Assembly (NCBI GenBank): GCA_035221665.1
Contig: CM069155.1
Coordinates: 29,512,001 to 29,576,000, forward strand
Direction: 5' to 3'
Source: Okamejei kenojei
Taxonomy: Eukaryota
DNA length: 64,000 bases
The position numbers and the translations under genes were made by a program. The notes below the pieces were generated by a model, which saw only the letters and a program-made list of their open reading frames with translations, did no database searches and had not been told where the DNA came from. This document shows positions 63,697 to 64,000 of this stretch, one piece after another; position 1 is the first letter of the stretch; every line of letters begins with the position of its first letter.

Positions 63697-64000
63697 ATGT
63701 CTTATTGGATCCGTGTGGTGTTCGGTGGCGTTGGTTTTTTGCGCAGTTTGTGAGTATTTTACTTTCCTAGACATTTATACTTATTTCTGTTCACCATCAA
63801 TTTGGGGTTATCTCCCACACTTCAACAAACTTAACAATTTTATTTTTACTCTGATATTTCTCTTTTCTCAGACTTAAGCGCGGCAGTTACAGTAAGTCAG
63901 CCCGCCTTCGATGTCCACCTTACGGGACAGAACATACAAATATCCTGTACCATATCGGGTTCCAGTTCAGGCGCTAACCATGTCGCGTTTTGGGTCCCAA
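63697..64000 (+). pseudogene. IgL copy 4: leader (63697-63749) + start of V exon (63872 to window end), with indels as assembled
   Basis: Homologous to copies 1 and 3. The leader is 53 nt instead of 49 and V has 1-nt indels, which may be sequencing error. Confidence 0.7.

Noticed and set aside
1-64000. CRISPR arrays, rRNA/tRNA genes, prokaryotic systems
   Set aside because: None seen; the sequence is vertebrate, with spliceosomal introns and vertebrate TEs.

Overview
Vertebrate genomic DNA from a cartilaginous fish (inferred, probably a skate or ray, from the Ig organisation and repeat content). The window is a tandem array of immunoglobulin light-chain clusters, all on the + strand and about 20-23 kb apart (V exons at <1, 20205, 40909 and 63872). 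In the three copies where the junction is visible, V and J are already fused in the germline with no RSS. The constant exon is lambda/type II-like. Copy 3 (40740-42714) is a complete, intact Leader-VJ-C gene. Copy 1 has intact VJ and C exons, with its leader outside the window. Copies 2 and 4 are riddled with indels, which may be low-quality contig ends rather than true pseudogenes. The spacers are almost entirely nested transposons: CR1 LINEs (one nearly intact), Rex1/Babar LINEs, Penelope-like elements carrying hammerhead-ribozyme motifs, a full-length Tx1-clade element inserted in a (TC)n microsatellite, a Tc1 IR/DR transposon, an internally deleted Gypsy element, and tRNA-derived SINE fragments. 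Segment 5061-18185 is near-identical to 22244-35406. The most notable observations are (1) the pre-joined IgL array with a long-CDR2 V, a promoter lacking an octamer and an intronic octamer, (2) a 99-bp hammerhead-ribozyme insertion with a 13-bp TSD and an empty paralogous site, and (3) the TC-repeat-targeted Tx1 element with its empty site. Germline-joined Ig clusters are already known in chondrichthyans, so novelty is claimed only for the specific details. All family assignments are from motif recognition, not database searches.
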